Of a stretch of 64,000 bases of DNA, positions 1-9,947 are shown piece by piece. The first letter of the stretch is position 1, and every line of letters starts with the position of its first letter. A program made the translations under genes and the position numbers. The DNA is from Candidatus Poribacteria bacterium (lineage in GTDB: Bacteria; Poribacteria; WGA-4E; PCPOR2b): NCBI GenBank assembly GCA_965218095.1, contig OZ244587.1, positions 4,544,001 to 4,608,000 on the forward strand, given 5' to 3'. The notes below the pieces were generated by a model, which was not told where the DNA came from, searched no databases, and saw nothing but the letters and a program-made list of their open reading frames with translations.

Positions 1-972
1 TGGATGATACGAAACGCATCTAAGGCTTTCGGTCAATTGTGTACTGCTGCGGTTGATGTTCCTGTTGCCTATCTTGAAGGGAAAGCCTCTGAAATTCGGG
101 CAGGAACGGAAGCACGCATTAAAATTAGGGAGGAGACCGCCACCCAAATTGTTCAACAAACGAAGGTTAACCCGGAATATGCGTGGAGAGCAGGGAACAA
201 ATTCGCGGAAAAAATAATTCGGGAACAGGTCAATCTTGATAAAGTCTCCGTTATCGCTGCAAATGAACTCAAGAAAGAGAAATTTGATAATTCGACACAG
301 CAGAACGCAGATAGCGGTCAGGAAAAGACGATTAGTGATGATTTTCTTAACAGCTTTGAGGAGGAAGTCAGACAAAAAAGCAGTGAAGAGATGCAACTTC
401 TTTTCGGTCGCATCTTAGCGGGGGAAATTAGAAAGCCGGGGACATATTCGATACGAACTATAAAAATCCTAGGTCAGTTAGATCAAAATGTTGCAATATT
501 GTTCAAAAGATTGTGTTCGCTCTGTGTAGTTCATGGAGACCCAGCTGGTAAAGAGATTTTTGATGCAAGAGTTCCCACTCTGGGTGGCAACCCTGGATCC
601 AATGTACTCCGTAAATACGGCTTGAGTTATGGAAAACTCAATATATTAAACGAGTATGGTCTGATTATTTCAAGCTACGACTCTTGGTATGAGTACAACT
701 TGTTGACAATAACCGATCAACCCCCTTTCACTTTACCACTTTGGCATCAAGGTCAATATTGGGGTTTATTCGCTTTGCCGGGGTGGAATAAAAGTCAACG
801 GAAATTTAAGTTGGCAGGTGTTGCGCTTTCCCATGCTGGATGTGAGTTATTCCGCCTAGTCGATCCGGATCCGATGGAGAATTATACTGAAGATCTCAAG
901 AAATTTCTTGCAGAACAGAACCTACAAATACGCGAAATTAATATTCAAAACGGAAATATAATCCTTCCATAG
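1..972 (+). CDS. DUF2806-like domain protein (5' partial)
   Basis: Frame open from the window edge; motifs REQVNLDKV, DDFLNSFEEE and EEMQLLFGRILAGEIRKPGTYSIRT are typical of DUF2806. Confidence 0.7.
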   Translation, partial: WMIRNASKAFGQLCTAAVDVPVAYLEGKASEIRAGTEARIKIREETATQIVQQTKVNPEYAWRAGNKFAEKIIREQVNLDKVSVIAANELKKEKFDNSTQQNADSGQEKTISDDFLNSFEEEVRQKSSEEMQLLFGRILAGEIRKPGTYSIRTIKILGQLDQNVAILFKRLCSLCVVHGDPAGKEIFDARVPTLGGNPGSNVLRKYGLSYGKLNILNEYGLIISSYDSWYEYNLLTITDQPPFTLPLWHQGQYWGLFALPGWNKSQRKFKLAGVALSHAGCELFRLVDPDPMENYTEDLKKFLAEQNLQIREINIQNGNIILP

Positions 973-1021
973 GTACAAGTAGATTGATGAAACAGTGATT
1001 TCAAGGCAATGGATGGGATCA

Positions 1022-2716
1022 ATGAGACATCAGAAAAAAATATTGTGGCATCTAGCTCTGGTTACAATCGTAGGTGTGCTGCTATGCTGCACCATAAGCA
1101 ATGCTCAAACTGTGCCGCAGATTGCCGAAAAAGCGTTAGCAGCTACCGTATCTTTAGAGATGCGAGATAAAAGCGGTGCACTACTCGGACAGGGCAGCGG
1201 CTTTTTCGTCCGGCACAACCTGATTGTTACCAACTATCACGTCATTGAGGGAGCAGCGCACGGCACCGCGAAGTTGGCGGGTAAGAATACCACATACGCG
1301 GTTGAAGGAATTACAGCAACAGATCAGACAAACGACCTCGCACTGCTACAGGTTAAGACGCCTATCATTCTCGTCAAGTTAGCTGGCATCCAACCTCTTC
1401 CACTCGGCGACAGCGATACGGTTCAGGTTGGCGAGACGGTTTATGTCGCAGGTAACCCGCTGGGGTTGGAGGGCACGGTTTCGGACGGGATTATCAGTGG
1501 ACGTAGAGATAAAGGCGTGAAAGAACGCCTCCAGATGACTGCACCCATCTCCCCGGGCAGCAGTGGAGGACCGGTGCTAAACGGCAAGGGTGAAGTGATA
1601 GGAGTGTCAGTCTCAATCTACGGCGGGTTAGCGGCACAAAATCTCAATTTCGCAATTCCTTCAAATACGCTCAAAAGGCTACTTGCACAATCGGGAACGG
1701 CCAAACCCTTTTCGCAAGGGAGCCAATCCATATCCGCCGAGACTTACCTCATTCGAGCCGATGAAAAGATCGGGATGAAGGATTATGAGGGGGCAATTGC
1801 GGACTACACCCAGGCTATCCGCCTCAAACCCGATTATGCATATGCCTACGTCCGTCGGGGAAATGCAAAGGCAAACTTAGGGCAACATTCAGCCGCCATC
1901 GCTGATTATGACACAGCTATCCGCTTCCAGCCTGATGATGCCGTAGTCTACGTTAGTCGGGGATATGCGAAGGCAAGTTTAGGGCAATATTTCGCTGCCA
2001 TTTCCGATTATGATACTGTTATCCGTCTCCAACCCGATGATGCCTATGCCTACGCCAGTCGGGGAAATGTAAAAGCAGACTTAGGGCAACATTCCGCCGC
2101 TATTACCGATTATGACACGGCTATCCGAATCCAACCCGATGATGCCTATGTCTACGTCAGGCGGGGATATGCGAAGTGGCAATTAGGACAACATTTCGCC
2201 GCCATCGCCGATTATGACACGGCTATCCGCCTCAAACCTGATGATGCCTATGCCTACGCCAGTCGGGGAATTGCAAAAGCAGACTTAGGGCAACATTCCG
2301 CCGCCATCGCTGATTATGACACGGCTATCCGAATCCAACCTAATGATGCCTATGCCTACGTCAGGCGGGGAATTGCGAAGGAGCAGGTAGGGCAATATTT
2401 TGCCGCCATCGCCGATTATGACACGGCTATCCGCCTGAAACCCAATGATGCCGGTGTCTACGTCAGTCGGGGAAATGTGAGGACAAACTTAAGGCAATAT
2501 TCAGCCGCCATCGCTGATTATGACACGGCTATCCGTCTCCAACCTAATGATGCCTATGCTTACTACTTTCGGGGAAATGCAAAAATGAGGTTGAAACGCT
2601 TTTGGGAGGCGAAGCAGGATTACAGGACTGCGTTGAAACTGACAAAACAGAATGGCAATGAGAGTCTCAAAACCTCGATTGAGGAAGCACTTCGATTCAT
2701 TGACAGGTGGGAATGA
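1022..2716 (+). CDS. Secreted trypsin-like (S1C) serine protease with 9 C-terminal TPR repeats
   Basis: Signal peptide; GSGFF, TNYHVI, DLALL and ISPGSSGGP catalytic motifs; 34-aa TPR units (AYAY..RG..K..LGQ..AAIADYDTAIRLQP). Confidence 0.9.
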   Translation: MRHQKKILWHLALVTIVGVLLCCTISNAQTVPQIAEKALAATVSLEMRDKSGALLGQGSGFFVRHNLIVTNYHVIEGAAHGTAKLAGKNTTYAVEGITATDQTNDLALLQVKTPIILVKLAGIQPLPLGDSDTVQVGETVYVAGNPLGLEGTVSDGIISGRRDKGVKERLQMTAPISPGSSGGPVLNGKGEVIGVSVSIYGGLAAQNLNFAIPSNTLKRLLAQSGTAKPFSQGSQSISAETYLIRADEKIGMKDYEGAIADYTQAIRLKPDYAYAYVRRGNAKANLGQHSAAIADYDTAIRFQPDDAVVYVSRGYAKASLGQYFAAISDYDTVIRLQPDDAYAYASRGNVKADLGQHSAAITDYDTAIRIQPDDAYVYVRRGYAKWQLGQHFAAIADYDTAIRLKPDDAYAYASRGIAKADLGQHSAAIADYDTAIRIQPNDAYAYVRRGIAKEQVGQYFAAIADYDTAIRLKPNDAGVYVSRGNVRTNLRQYSAAIADYDTAIRLQPNDAYAYYFRGNAKMRLKRFWEAKQDYRTALKLTKQNGNESLKTSIEEALRFIDRWE

Positions 2717-2797
2717 ATTCCCTTTGAATGTCCAAAGTAAATAGCCGGGTTGGTATCTACACAACCCACAATGCCATAAGAATCGACCAATCCTTGA

Positions 2798-2857
2798 GTT
2801 TGTAGTCGGGCGATTCAGCATCCATCCAAACGTCCAATAAATTGTGCTGCTACAAAC
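2798..2857. repeat. GTAG-type REP-like element between convergent genes
   Basis: Inverted ends GTTTGTAG...CTACAAAC. Confidence 0.45.
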
Positions 2858-2970
2858 GGAAGTATTTCGTCAAGATGTGAATCTCGACCTACGTAGTACG
2901 TTTTTTCTACTTAATTCGTTTAGTCGGTGATTCAGACAATAATGATTTCCCCCTCCACTTATGCCCTTAG

Positions 2971-5900
2971 TTATGTCACCTGCTCCACACCAATTGTTGC
3001 ATCTTCTCCATTGACCTTCTGTGATTTCAGAAAAGCGTTTGGGCTTGACAACCCAACGACATGCAGCGTCAAGGTTTCGTGTGTGATGTAGTCACGGTAG
3101 CGGTCAAACGCTTCGTGAACGATTGGCGTCGATTCCAAACTGAGCGAGATCCGGTCAGAAACATTGAAATCGGCTTCCTTCCGAATCTGCTGAATCTTGT
3201 TGACCAACTCCCGCGCAAAGCCCTCAAGGATGAGTTCGTGTGTCAATTCCGTCGAGAGGGCAACAAATTTGTAGGCGTCTGCTTCGACGGCGTAACCCTC
3301 CCGGTTCTCCGATTGCACATCAACCTCTGCTCTGTCTAGCCTATAACTGATGCTGTCCGCCTGAATCTGTAACTCACCGTTTCCATCGAGCTCCTGCTTG
3401 AGGGTGAGTGCATCCGCCGCTGCAACGGCTTTCGCAATTGCTTGGACGTTCCTTCCGTATTTCGGGCCCAGCAGCTTGAAATTCGGCTTGATTGTGTAGG
3501 TCGCAAACTCATCGATCCCCTCGTGAAAAGAGATCTCTTTGACGTTCAGTTCGTCCAAGACAAGCGCGGACAGATGATTCACAGCAGCCTGTTGTTTTTC
3601 AGATAGCCCACCGATCGCGATGCATCCAAGAGGTTGCCGTGTCTTGAATCCTGATCGATTCCGAGCAGCACGTCCCAAACCGATTAGGTCACGGGCAAGC
3701 CTCATATCATCTTCCAGTGATATATCAACGAGTGCCTCCTCCACAGCCGGGTAATCGGAGAGGTGGATGCTTTCAGGGGCAGCCGGATCAGCCGAACACA
3801 CCAAGTTTTGGAAGATTGACTCTGTAACGAAGGGAACAAACGGCGCCAGCAGCCGGCTGATCGTCACCATGACTTGATACAGTGTCCGATAGGCGGCGTC
3901 CTTATCTGCGTCGGCTTCCGACTTCCAGAAACGACGCCGGCTTCGACGCAGATACCAGTTCGACAAATCATCCAGAAAATCCTCAACGACGCGGCAGGCA
4001 CCATCCGGTGAAAATTCGTCCAGACGCTCCGTTACCGAGCGGACTGTGCTTTGCAGACGGGATAGAATCCAACGGTCAAGGAAATTTTCAGACCTTTGCG
4101 GTTTGTCTTTCCAGAGGTTCGCATCTGGTTTCCAGCCATCAACGTTGGCATAAGTAACCAGAAAACTGTACACATTCCAGAACGGAATGAGAACTTGGCG
4201 GCGGACCTCATCGGAGTGCTTGTAGCCGAAGAGCAGATTCTGCTCCGGCTTGGCGGCGCAGTACATCCAACGCATCACGTCCACGCCCATCGTCTCGGCG
4301 GCGTCATCAAACCAGATAGCGTTGCCCCAAGATTTGTGCATTGCGCGTCCGTCTTCCGCAAACAGCGTCGCATAACTGAAATTGTGCTTAAACGGGGCGC
4401 GCTGTTCCATCACCGTACTCATTGCAATAAGCGAATAGAACCAGTTCCGAAATTGTCCCGGAAAACTCTCGCTGATCAGATCGGCGGGAAACCATTGACT
4501 CCAATAATCACGGTCGGTGCGGTACTGCATCGTGCTGAAACTGACAATGCCGGCGTCTAGCCAAGGATTCCCAACGTCTGGGATACGGGAAACAGAAGCA
4601 CCGCAACTTGGGCAGGCGATCTTCACCGCATCAATCCAAGGGCGGTGGGGTGTATGCCCCTCAAATTCATCCCAGCCTTCAACAGCGAGTTCCTTCAGCT
4701 CCTCCAAACTCCCAACGAGGTGAAAATGGTCGCATTCATCACATTCGTAGATGGGGAGTGCCAACCCCCAGTAACGTTTCTTAGAGATCATCCAATCGTG
4801 CATATTGCGCAGCCAGTCGAGCTCGCGGGCGAGTCCGAAAGTAGGATACCACTGGGTTTCATTGAGGACAACCTCCATCATCTGGTAGCGTAGATTCTGT
4901 TCCTTCTCTTCTTCAGTCACCTTCTCATAAGGTTTATCCAGTTGCTCGCCCATTGAGATGAACCATTCGTCCACAAGACGGAAGACCAGTTCATCTTCGC
5001 AACGCCAACACACCGGGTAGCGGTGGGTGTAGTCTTCGAGGCGATAGACAACCCCTTTCTGCTTCAGGTTTTCAAAGATGTCCTCCGCGACGGTGTGGAC
5101 CTGGCGACCTGTCAGCCAGTCAAATCCATTGAGATAGATTCCCTCTGCTCCCAGTGGCGCGATGACAGGGAGGGCTTGTTCTTTACTCAATTCAAAGTCC
5201 TCTGCACCGCACCCCGGTGCGGTGTGGACGACCCCCGTACCTTCCGCTTCACCGACTTCATCCCACAGGATGACACGGTGCTGTCCGGCTGCTCCGGATG
5301 TGTGTTGGGCTGGTAGTTCATCGAAGGGACCATCATAAGTCCAGCCTTCCAATTCGTCGCCCAATTTCTCCGCAAGAATCTGATAATCCCCCCGAATGGC
5401 GTTCTCTAAGGCCCCTTTGCTCAACCAGACGCGATGCTCGCCTTGTTCAACCAAAACGTAGGTCAACTCTGGATGTACCGCCGCTGCAACATTGCTGGTC
5501 AACGTCCACGGCGTTGTCGTCCAGACCAGCAGGCTCTCGCCGGGGCGGTTACGTAGCGGGAAGCGGAGAAAGATGCTGGTATGCGTCAATTCTCGGTATC
5601 CGTCGGTGACAATCTCGTGCTGGCTGATGCCGGTATCGCACCGCGAACACCACGGCATTACGTCGGTGCCTTTGTAGATCCAGCCACGGTCGAAACATTT
5701 CTTCAGCATCGCCCAGATGGTGTAATTGTTTTCATTTGAAAAGGTGAAGTAAGAACCCCCTAACTCCGGCAATCCGAGTCTCCCCACGAGTTGTTCAACC
5801 GTGTTCGTGACGGGACCATTCGGTCCCTCCACAGTGAGCATCTGTGAGGGGTCTTGTGCCATTTTCGTTTCCAGTTCGCGTAATAAATCCGGATCGTTCC

Positions 5901-6330
5901 AGTCCATCCAGTAGCCGAGCCGCATTGATTGCTCCGTCTGCGTTGCTGCATGCCGGAGCACCTGCCGCTTGCAGGCGTTGACAAATTCATCCAGTCCATA
6001 GGCTTCAATGTCCTTTTTGGTCTTAAAACCCATGTCGCGCTCGACATTGACCTCAATCCAGAGTCCTTGGCAATCAAACCCGTTTTGGTATCGCATCTGA
6101 TAGCCTTGCATGGCCTTGAATCGATGAAAGAGATCTTTATAAGTCCGCCCCCATGCGTGATGGACACCCATCGGGTTATTGGCGGTGATTGGACCGTCGA
6201 CGAAACTCCAGCATGGTGCATCCTGCCGCAGTTCCTTGAGTTTGTGAAAAACGTTGCTGTTGCGCCAGAAGTCTAAGACCTGATGCTCTTGGGCGACGAA
6301 ATCGACTGTATTGGGTACATCTTCGAACAT
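2971..6330 (-). CDS. ileS: Isoleucine--tRNA ligase, type 2
   Basis: DGPITANNPMGVHHAW (HIGH variant), WTTTPWTL and GTGVVHTAPG editing domain, DWMISKKRYWG, AMHKS (KMSKS variant), LSNWYLRRSRRRFW. Confidence 0.97.
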   Translation of the reverse strand: MFEDVPNTVDFVAQEHQVLDFWRNSNVFHKLKELRQDAPCWSFVDGPITANNPMGVHHAWGRTYKDLFHRFKAMQGYQMRYQNGFDCQGLWIEVNVERDMGFKTKKDIEAYGLDEFVNACKRQVLRHAATQTEQSMRLGYWMDWNDPDLLRELETKMAQDPSQMLTVEGPNGPVTNTVEQLVGRLGLPELGGSYFTFSNENNYTIWAMLKKCFDRGWIYKGTDVMPWCSRCDTGISQHEIVTDGYRELTHTSIFLRFPLRNRPGESLLVWTTTPWTLTSNVAAAVHPELTYVLVEQGEHRVWLSKGALENAIRGDYQILAEKLGDELEGWTYDGPFDELPAQHTSGAAGQHRVILWDEVGEAEGTGVVHTAPGCGAEDFELSKEQALPVIAPLGAEGIYLNGFDWLTGRQVHTVAEDIFENLKQKGVVYRLEDYTHRYPVCWRCEDELVFRLVDEWFISMGEQLDKPYEKVTEEEKEQNLRYQMMEVVLNETQWYPTFGLARELDWLRNMHDWMISKKRYWGLALPIYECDECDHFHLVGSLEELKELAVEGWDEFEGHTPHRPWIDAVKIACPSCGASVSRIPDVGNPWLDAGIVSFSTMQYRTDRDYWSQWFPADLISESFPGQFRNWFYSLIAMSTVMEQRAPFKHNFSYATLFAEDGRAMHKSWGNAIWFDDAAETMGVDVMRWMYCAAKPEQNLLFGYKHSDEVRRQVLIPFWNVYSFLVTYANVDGWKPDANLWKDKPQRSENFLDRWILSRLQSTVRSVTERLDEFSPDGACRVVEDFLDDLSNWYLRRSRRRFWKSEADADKDAAYRTLYQVMVTISRLLAPFVPFVTESIFQNLVCSADPAAPESIHLSDYPAVEEALVDISLEDDMRLARDLIGLGRAARNRSGFKTRQPLGCIAIGGLSEKQQAAVNHLSALVLDELNVKEISFHEGIDEFATYTIKPNFKLLGPKYGRNVQAIAKAVAAADALTLKQELDGNGELQIQADSISYRLDRAEVDVQSENREGYAVEADAYKFVALSTELTHELILEGFARELVNKIQQIRKEADFNVSDRISLSLESTPIVHEAFDRYRDYITHETLTLHVVGLSSPNAFLKSQKVNGEDATIGVEQVT

Positions 6331-6393
6331 GCTTTTCTCCTATGCGTGAAACGTGAATGAACTAATGAGCTTATGAACCAATGAACTTCCTTG

Positions 6394-6437
6394 CAAACAA
6401 AAACGCCCACCACCGAAATCGTTTCGATGATGGGCGT
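6394..6437 (-). terminator. Intrinsic terminator in the ileS leader (attenuator 3:4 hairpin)
   Basis: Minus strand ACGCCCATCATCGAAA-CGA-TTTCGGTGGTGGGCGT followed by TTTTGTTT, about 65 nt upstream of the ileS start. Confidence 0.85.
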
Positions 6438-6468
6438 GTGTATCTTTATGATGGCTATGGAATCGAGG

Positions 6469-6588
6469 TTACATTCTTTTCATCAGCCCACCATCGCAAG
6501 ACCGGGTGATAATAATCCCGATCGAAGGGCGTATGCTTCGAGTATCAGTCTTGTTGATTGAGATGGTGGTTGATGATAAATATGACAC
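6469..6588 (-). CDS. Putative ileS leader peptide (39 aa, 7 Ile, IGIII run)
   Basis: GGAG SD then GTG start; MSYLSSTTISINKTDTRSIRPSIGIIITRSCDGGLMKRM; lies between a sigma70 promoter and the terminator. Confidence 0.75.
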   Translation of the reverse strand: MSYLSSTTISINKTDTRSIRPSIGIIITRSCDGGLMKRM

Positions 6589-6628
6589 GATATCAATCTC
6601 CGTTTTGCTTTTAATGATACAAGATAGT

Positions 6629-6657
6629 ATGGTAACAAACGTTTGGAGGGATGTCAA
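6629..6657 (-). promoter_or_regulatory. sigma70 promoter of the ileS leader
   Basis: TTGACA-17 nt-TACCAT on the minus strand. Confidence 0.7.
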
Positions 6658-6805
6658 GATTTTTTTCGATTCAGCTACAGTTCATCAACTCCATGTCGTC
6701 TCCACTGGTAAAGATTTCTGTTGCAGAAAGATAGTTATTAACGTATAATAGCCGCGCAATAAACGCTTTTCTCCGCAATACAAACCATACTTGGAGGGAC
6801 GCCCT

Positions 6806-7387
6806 ATGTATATTCAGGATTTACTCACCTGGGACCAATTCAATGATGAAAATTCGCAGTATGCATCAGGTTGACCCTTCGCTGGATCTCCGGGATGGGG
6901 TGGATAGGACGGATTTTTTTGAAGCCGCAAAGGCGAAGGTGGAGTCCCATGGGATAGCGTTGCACAGCGTTTTTAGGCAGGTTGGGATGAAATTGCGCTG
7001 GGACTGCCAGATCGAGATGAGAAGATCGAGGCGTGGTGTACGATGCTCCGAAGCATCAGTGCGGCGGGCATCCCGGACCTGGGATACAATTTCAAACCGA
7101 TGGGGAATTTCCGCACAACGTCGACGAAAGGCAGAGGGGGCGCGACGTACAGTACGTTTGATTACGATGAATTCTCCCGGAACCGGCCCACACCACATGG
7201 CCCACCGGCCTCCGAGGGGGAGATGTGGGAACATATCACGTACTTCATCGAAAGGGTGATTCCGGTGGCTGAAGAAGTCGGGGTACGGATGGCGCTGCAT
7301 CCGGACGATCCGCCGATTCCCGATCCGCTTGCAGGTGTGGCACAAAAGCCCCTTCGGATCGACCAAGCTTCATTCCGTTCCCTATGA
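6806..7387 (+). pseudogene. Mannonate dehydratase (UxuA)-like pseudogene, fragmented and truncated
   Basis: GGAGG SD then ATG 6806 with an early stop; fragment [41 protein letters not shown]; C-terminus missing. Confidence 0.75.
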
Positions 7388-7438
7388 CATACCTGTTCAT
7401 AAGCACAAATCCTTCTCTCCGACAAATCATATCTGGAG

Positions 7439-8689
7439 ATGTCTATGAATTTTGCCAAAAAAGTCCAGGAGATTGAATCCCTTCTGGAGCAGCACAGAAC
7501 CTTTCGAGGAAACTGTTTGAACCTCATCGCGTCCGAAAACGTACCGAGCCCATTGGTGGAGCAATTGCTCGTCGAAGATCTGGATCAACGTTACGGGAAC
7601 TACGTCGGTATCGATCTGCACGAGCGGCTTTACCAGGGGAATCGGTTCATCGTGCAGATCGAGGAATTGGCGCACGAGTTGGCGAAGCAACTCTTTGGCG
7701 CGGCGTTTGTCGACCTCCGTCCGCTCTCCGGCAACATCGCGGGCATCGCCGCCACCTTTGCGCTGGCGAGCCCCGGCGATACTGCGCTGGAGGTTCATAA
7801 TGGGCATCAATATGCTCGCAAATTGGCGTCCTCTCCCTTAAAAGTTAAACTTCAATCCATCCCCATCCCTTGGGATGGCATCCGGTCCAACATCGATCTC
7901 GATCAGACGGTTGAGCTTATTCAACAGCATCGTCCCAAGCTTGTCACGATTGGATCGGGGGCGTTTCTCTTTCCGCAACCGGTGCGCGAACTCAAGGAAG
8001 CGATGAACCGATACACTCCCGATTCATACCTATTCTATGACGCTGCCCATGTTATGGGGCTGATTGCCGGCGGACGGTTTCAGTCTCCGCTGGAGGAAGG
8101 GGCGGATGTCGTCATTTCGAGCACGCATAAGACCCTTGCTGGACCGCAGGGCGGTATGATTTTGACCAACGACAGATTGCTTGCGGAACGAATCGGACCG
8201 GCGGTCGCCCCGCTGCTTGAGAGCAATCATCACCTCGGTCGATTGCCTGCGTTGGCAGGAACATTTCTGGAGTGGATGGCTTGCGGCAGAGAACATGCGG
8301 GGACAATTATCAGCAACGCGAAGGCGTTGGGCGGGGCGCTGCATGAGCGGGGGATTCAACTTGTCGGGGAGAAATTTGGATTCACGGAATCGCATACACT
8401 GATACCGATTGTTGACGCATTCGGTGAGGGGAAGACGTTGGCCGACCAACTTGAGGCGTGCAATATCATCGTCGGCGCGGCGAGTGTCCCCCCAGGATTG
8501 GGGACGCACGGCTTGCGGCTTGGGGTGCAGGAAGTGACCCGACGCGGCATGACAGCAGCGGATGCGCCGGAGGTTGCAGATTGCATCGTCGATGCGTTAA
8601 GAGGGGATGACCTCGAAGGTGTTAAAGGTCGGGTGGGTGCGTTGGCGGGGCGATTTAACCAGACGCGGTTTACGCTGAACGCTATCTGA
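7439..8689 (+). CDS. Serine hydroxymethyltransferase-like PLP enzyme (divergent)
   Basis: NLIASEN, YDAAHVMGLIAGG, SSTHKTLAGPQGG (PLP Lys), GLRLGVQEVTRRGM. Confidence 0.85.
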   Translation: MSMNFAKKVQEIESLLEQHRTFRGNCLNLIASENVPSPLVEQLLVEDLDQRYGNYVGIDLHERLYQGNRFIVQIEELAHELAKQLFGAAFVDLRPLSGNIAGIAATFALASPGDTALEVHNGHQYARKLASSPLKVKLQSIPIPWDGIRSNIDLDQTVELIQQHRPKLVTIGSGAFLFPQPVRELKEAMNRYTPDSYLFYDAAHVMGLIAGGRFQSPLEEGADVVISSTHKTLAGPQGGMILTNDRLLAERIGPAVAPLLESNHHLGRLPALAGTFLEWMACGREHAGTIISNAKALGGALHERGIQLVGEKFGFTESHTLIPIVDAFGEGKTLADQLEACNIIVGAASVPPGLGTHGLRLGVQEVTRRGMTAADAPEVADCIVDALRGDDLEGVKGRVGALAGRFNQTRFTLNAI

Positions 8690-9082
8690 TACGATTTCTT
8701 CAAGGCATTCTCAAAGAGATCATCCGTCGACTTTGGGCTGGTTTTTTCTTCGGTCTTTTGAGCGTCACAATATATCCATAAGCGTCAAAAATAATGGGCT
8801 ATGACCAAAATCACTGGATTTGACGGTAACCGAAAATTGCGTCAATACTGAATTTTGGTGTTTGCTATTGATTGGCTATCCGTACACACGATTTCGCACG
8901 CTAATTTGACTCCAAGAAACCTGCACAAACACTGGCTTGAATTTTCCGCAGATGCCCGAAGATCGCTAAACACGATCAATAATTGATCGCACAGCCCATC
9001 TAAAAATCTCTGAAACCCGCTTAGAATCTACATCCTGAAATTCAGAGTGTTGTTTTTTTCGCATTTTCTACTACAGATTCTA

Positions 9083-9902
9083 GGTTCTGTTGACATTTGA
9101 GTATAAGGTTGTGGCATAATAGAAGAATGACGCCAATAACTTTACCTGATGAACAATGGAATAAGATATACCGGTTTCTTCTTAGCTGTCCCACCATCTA
9201 TGTTGGCGACGAAGCTGCTACACGCCGCTTCGTCGAAGCAGTTCTGTGGGTAACTCGTAGTGGGGCTCAATGGAGACTTCTACCAGACACCTATGGCAAA
9301 TGGAACACCCGCTACAAGCGGTTTGCTCGATGGTGCGACAAAGGTATCTTCACACAGATGCACCCCCACTTCGCCTCTGACCCCGATATCGAGTCGCTTA
9401 TTGTGGACAGTACCATCTGCCGCGCTCACCCGTGTGCGGCGGGCACCTTAAAAAAAAGGGTGGCACTGAAAACCAAGCATTAGGTCGGTATCGGGGCGGT
9501 TTCAGTACAAAAATTCACATCACAGTTGACGGACTAGGCAATCCCCTAAGAATTCATCTGACCCCCGGTCAGAGACATGACATAGCTGAGGCGGAAGGGT
9601 TGATAATCGGATATAACAGTGAATATGTGATTGGAGACAAGGGATACGATTCGGACGCTTTTATCGCGGTTATTGAGGCGAATGGAGCAATTGCGGTGAT
9701 ACCGCCCAAAAGTCATCGTGTTGACCAAAGAACGTATGACAAACGCTTATACAAAGAGAGACATCGGGTTGAATGTTTCATCAACAAGATAAAATGGTAT
9801 CGTCGTATCTTCTCTCGGTTTGAGAAGCTAGCTGTCCGTTATTTTGGATTTCTCAGCTTTGTCGCCACTCTTATATGGCTCCGTTGAAATGTCAACAGAA
9901 CC
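9083..9902 (+). mobile_element. IS5-family (IS427-like) element, copy 1; orfA/orfB joined by a -1 frameshift at an A8 run
   Basis: TIR GGTTCTGTTGACATTT / AAATGTCAACAGAACC, TA duplication in CTAG; motifs GAQWRLLP, VDST, GDKGYDS, YKERHRVECFINKIK. Confidence 0.93.
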
Positions 9903-9947
9903 TAGTTGCTTTGAATCCCGATTTCCTATCGGGGCTGGTTCATCTGC

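Noticed and set aside
1735-2640. CRISPR array or DGR-like repeats
   Set aside because: The 102-bp periodicity is in-frame TPR coding; there are no unique spacers, cas genes or reverse transcriptase in the window
6331-6660. T-box riboswitch upstream of ileS
   Set aside because: No UGGNACC T-box bulge or recognisable stem I; the leader-peptide model explains the features better
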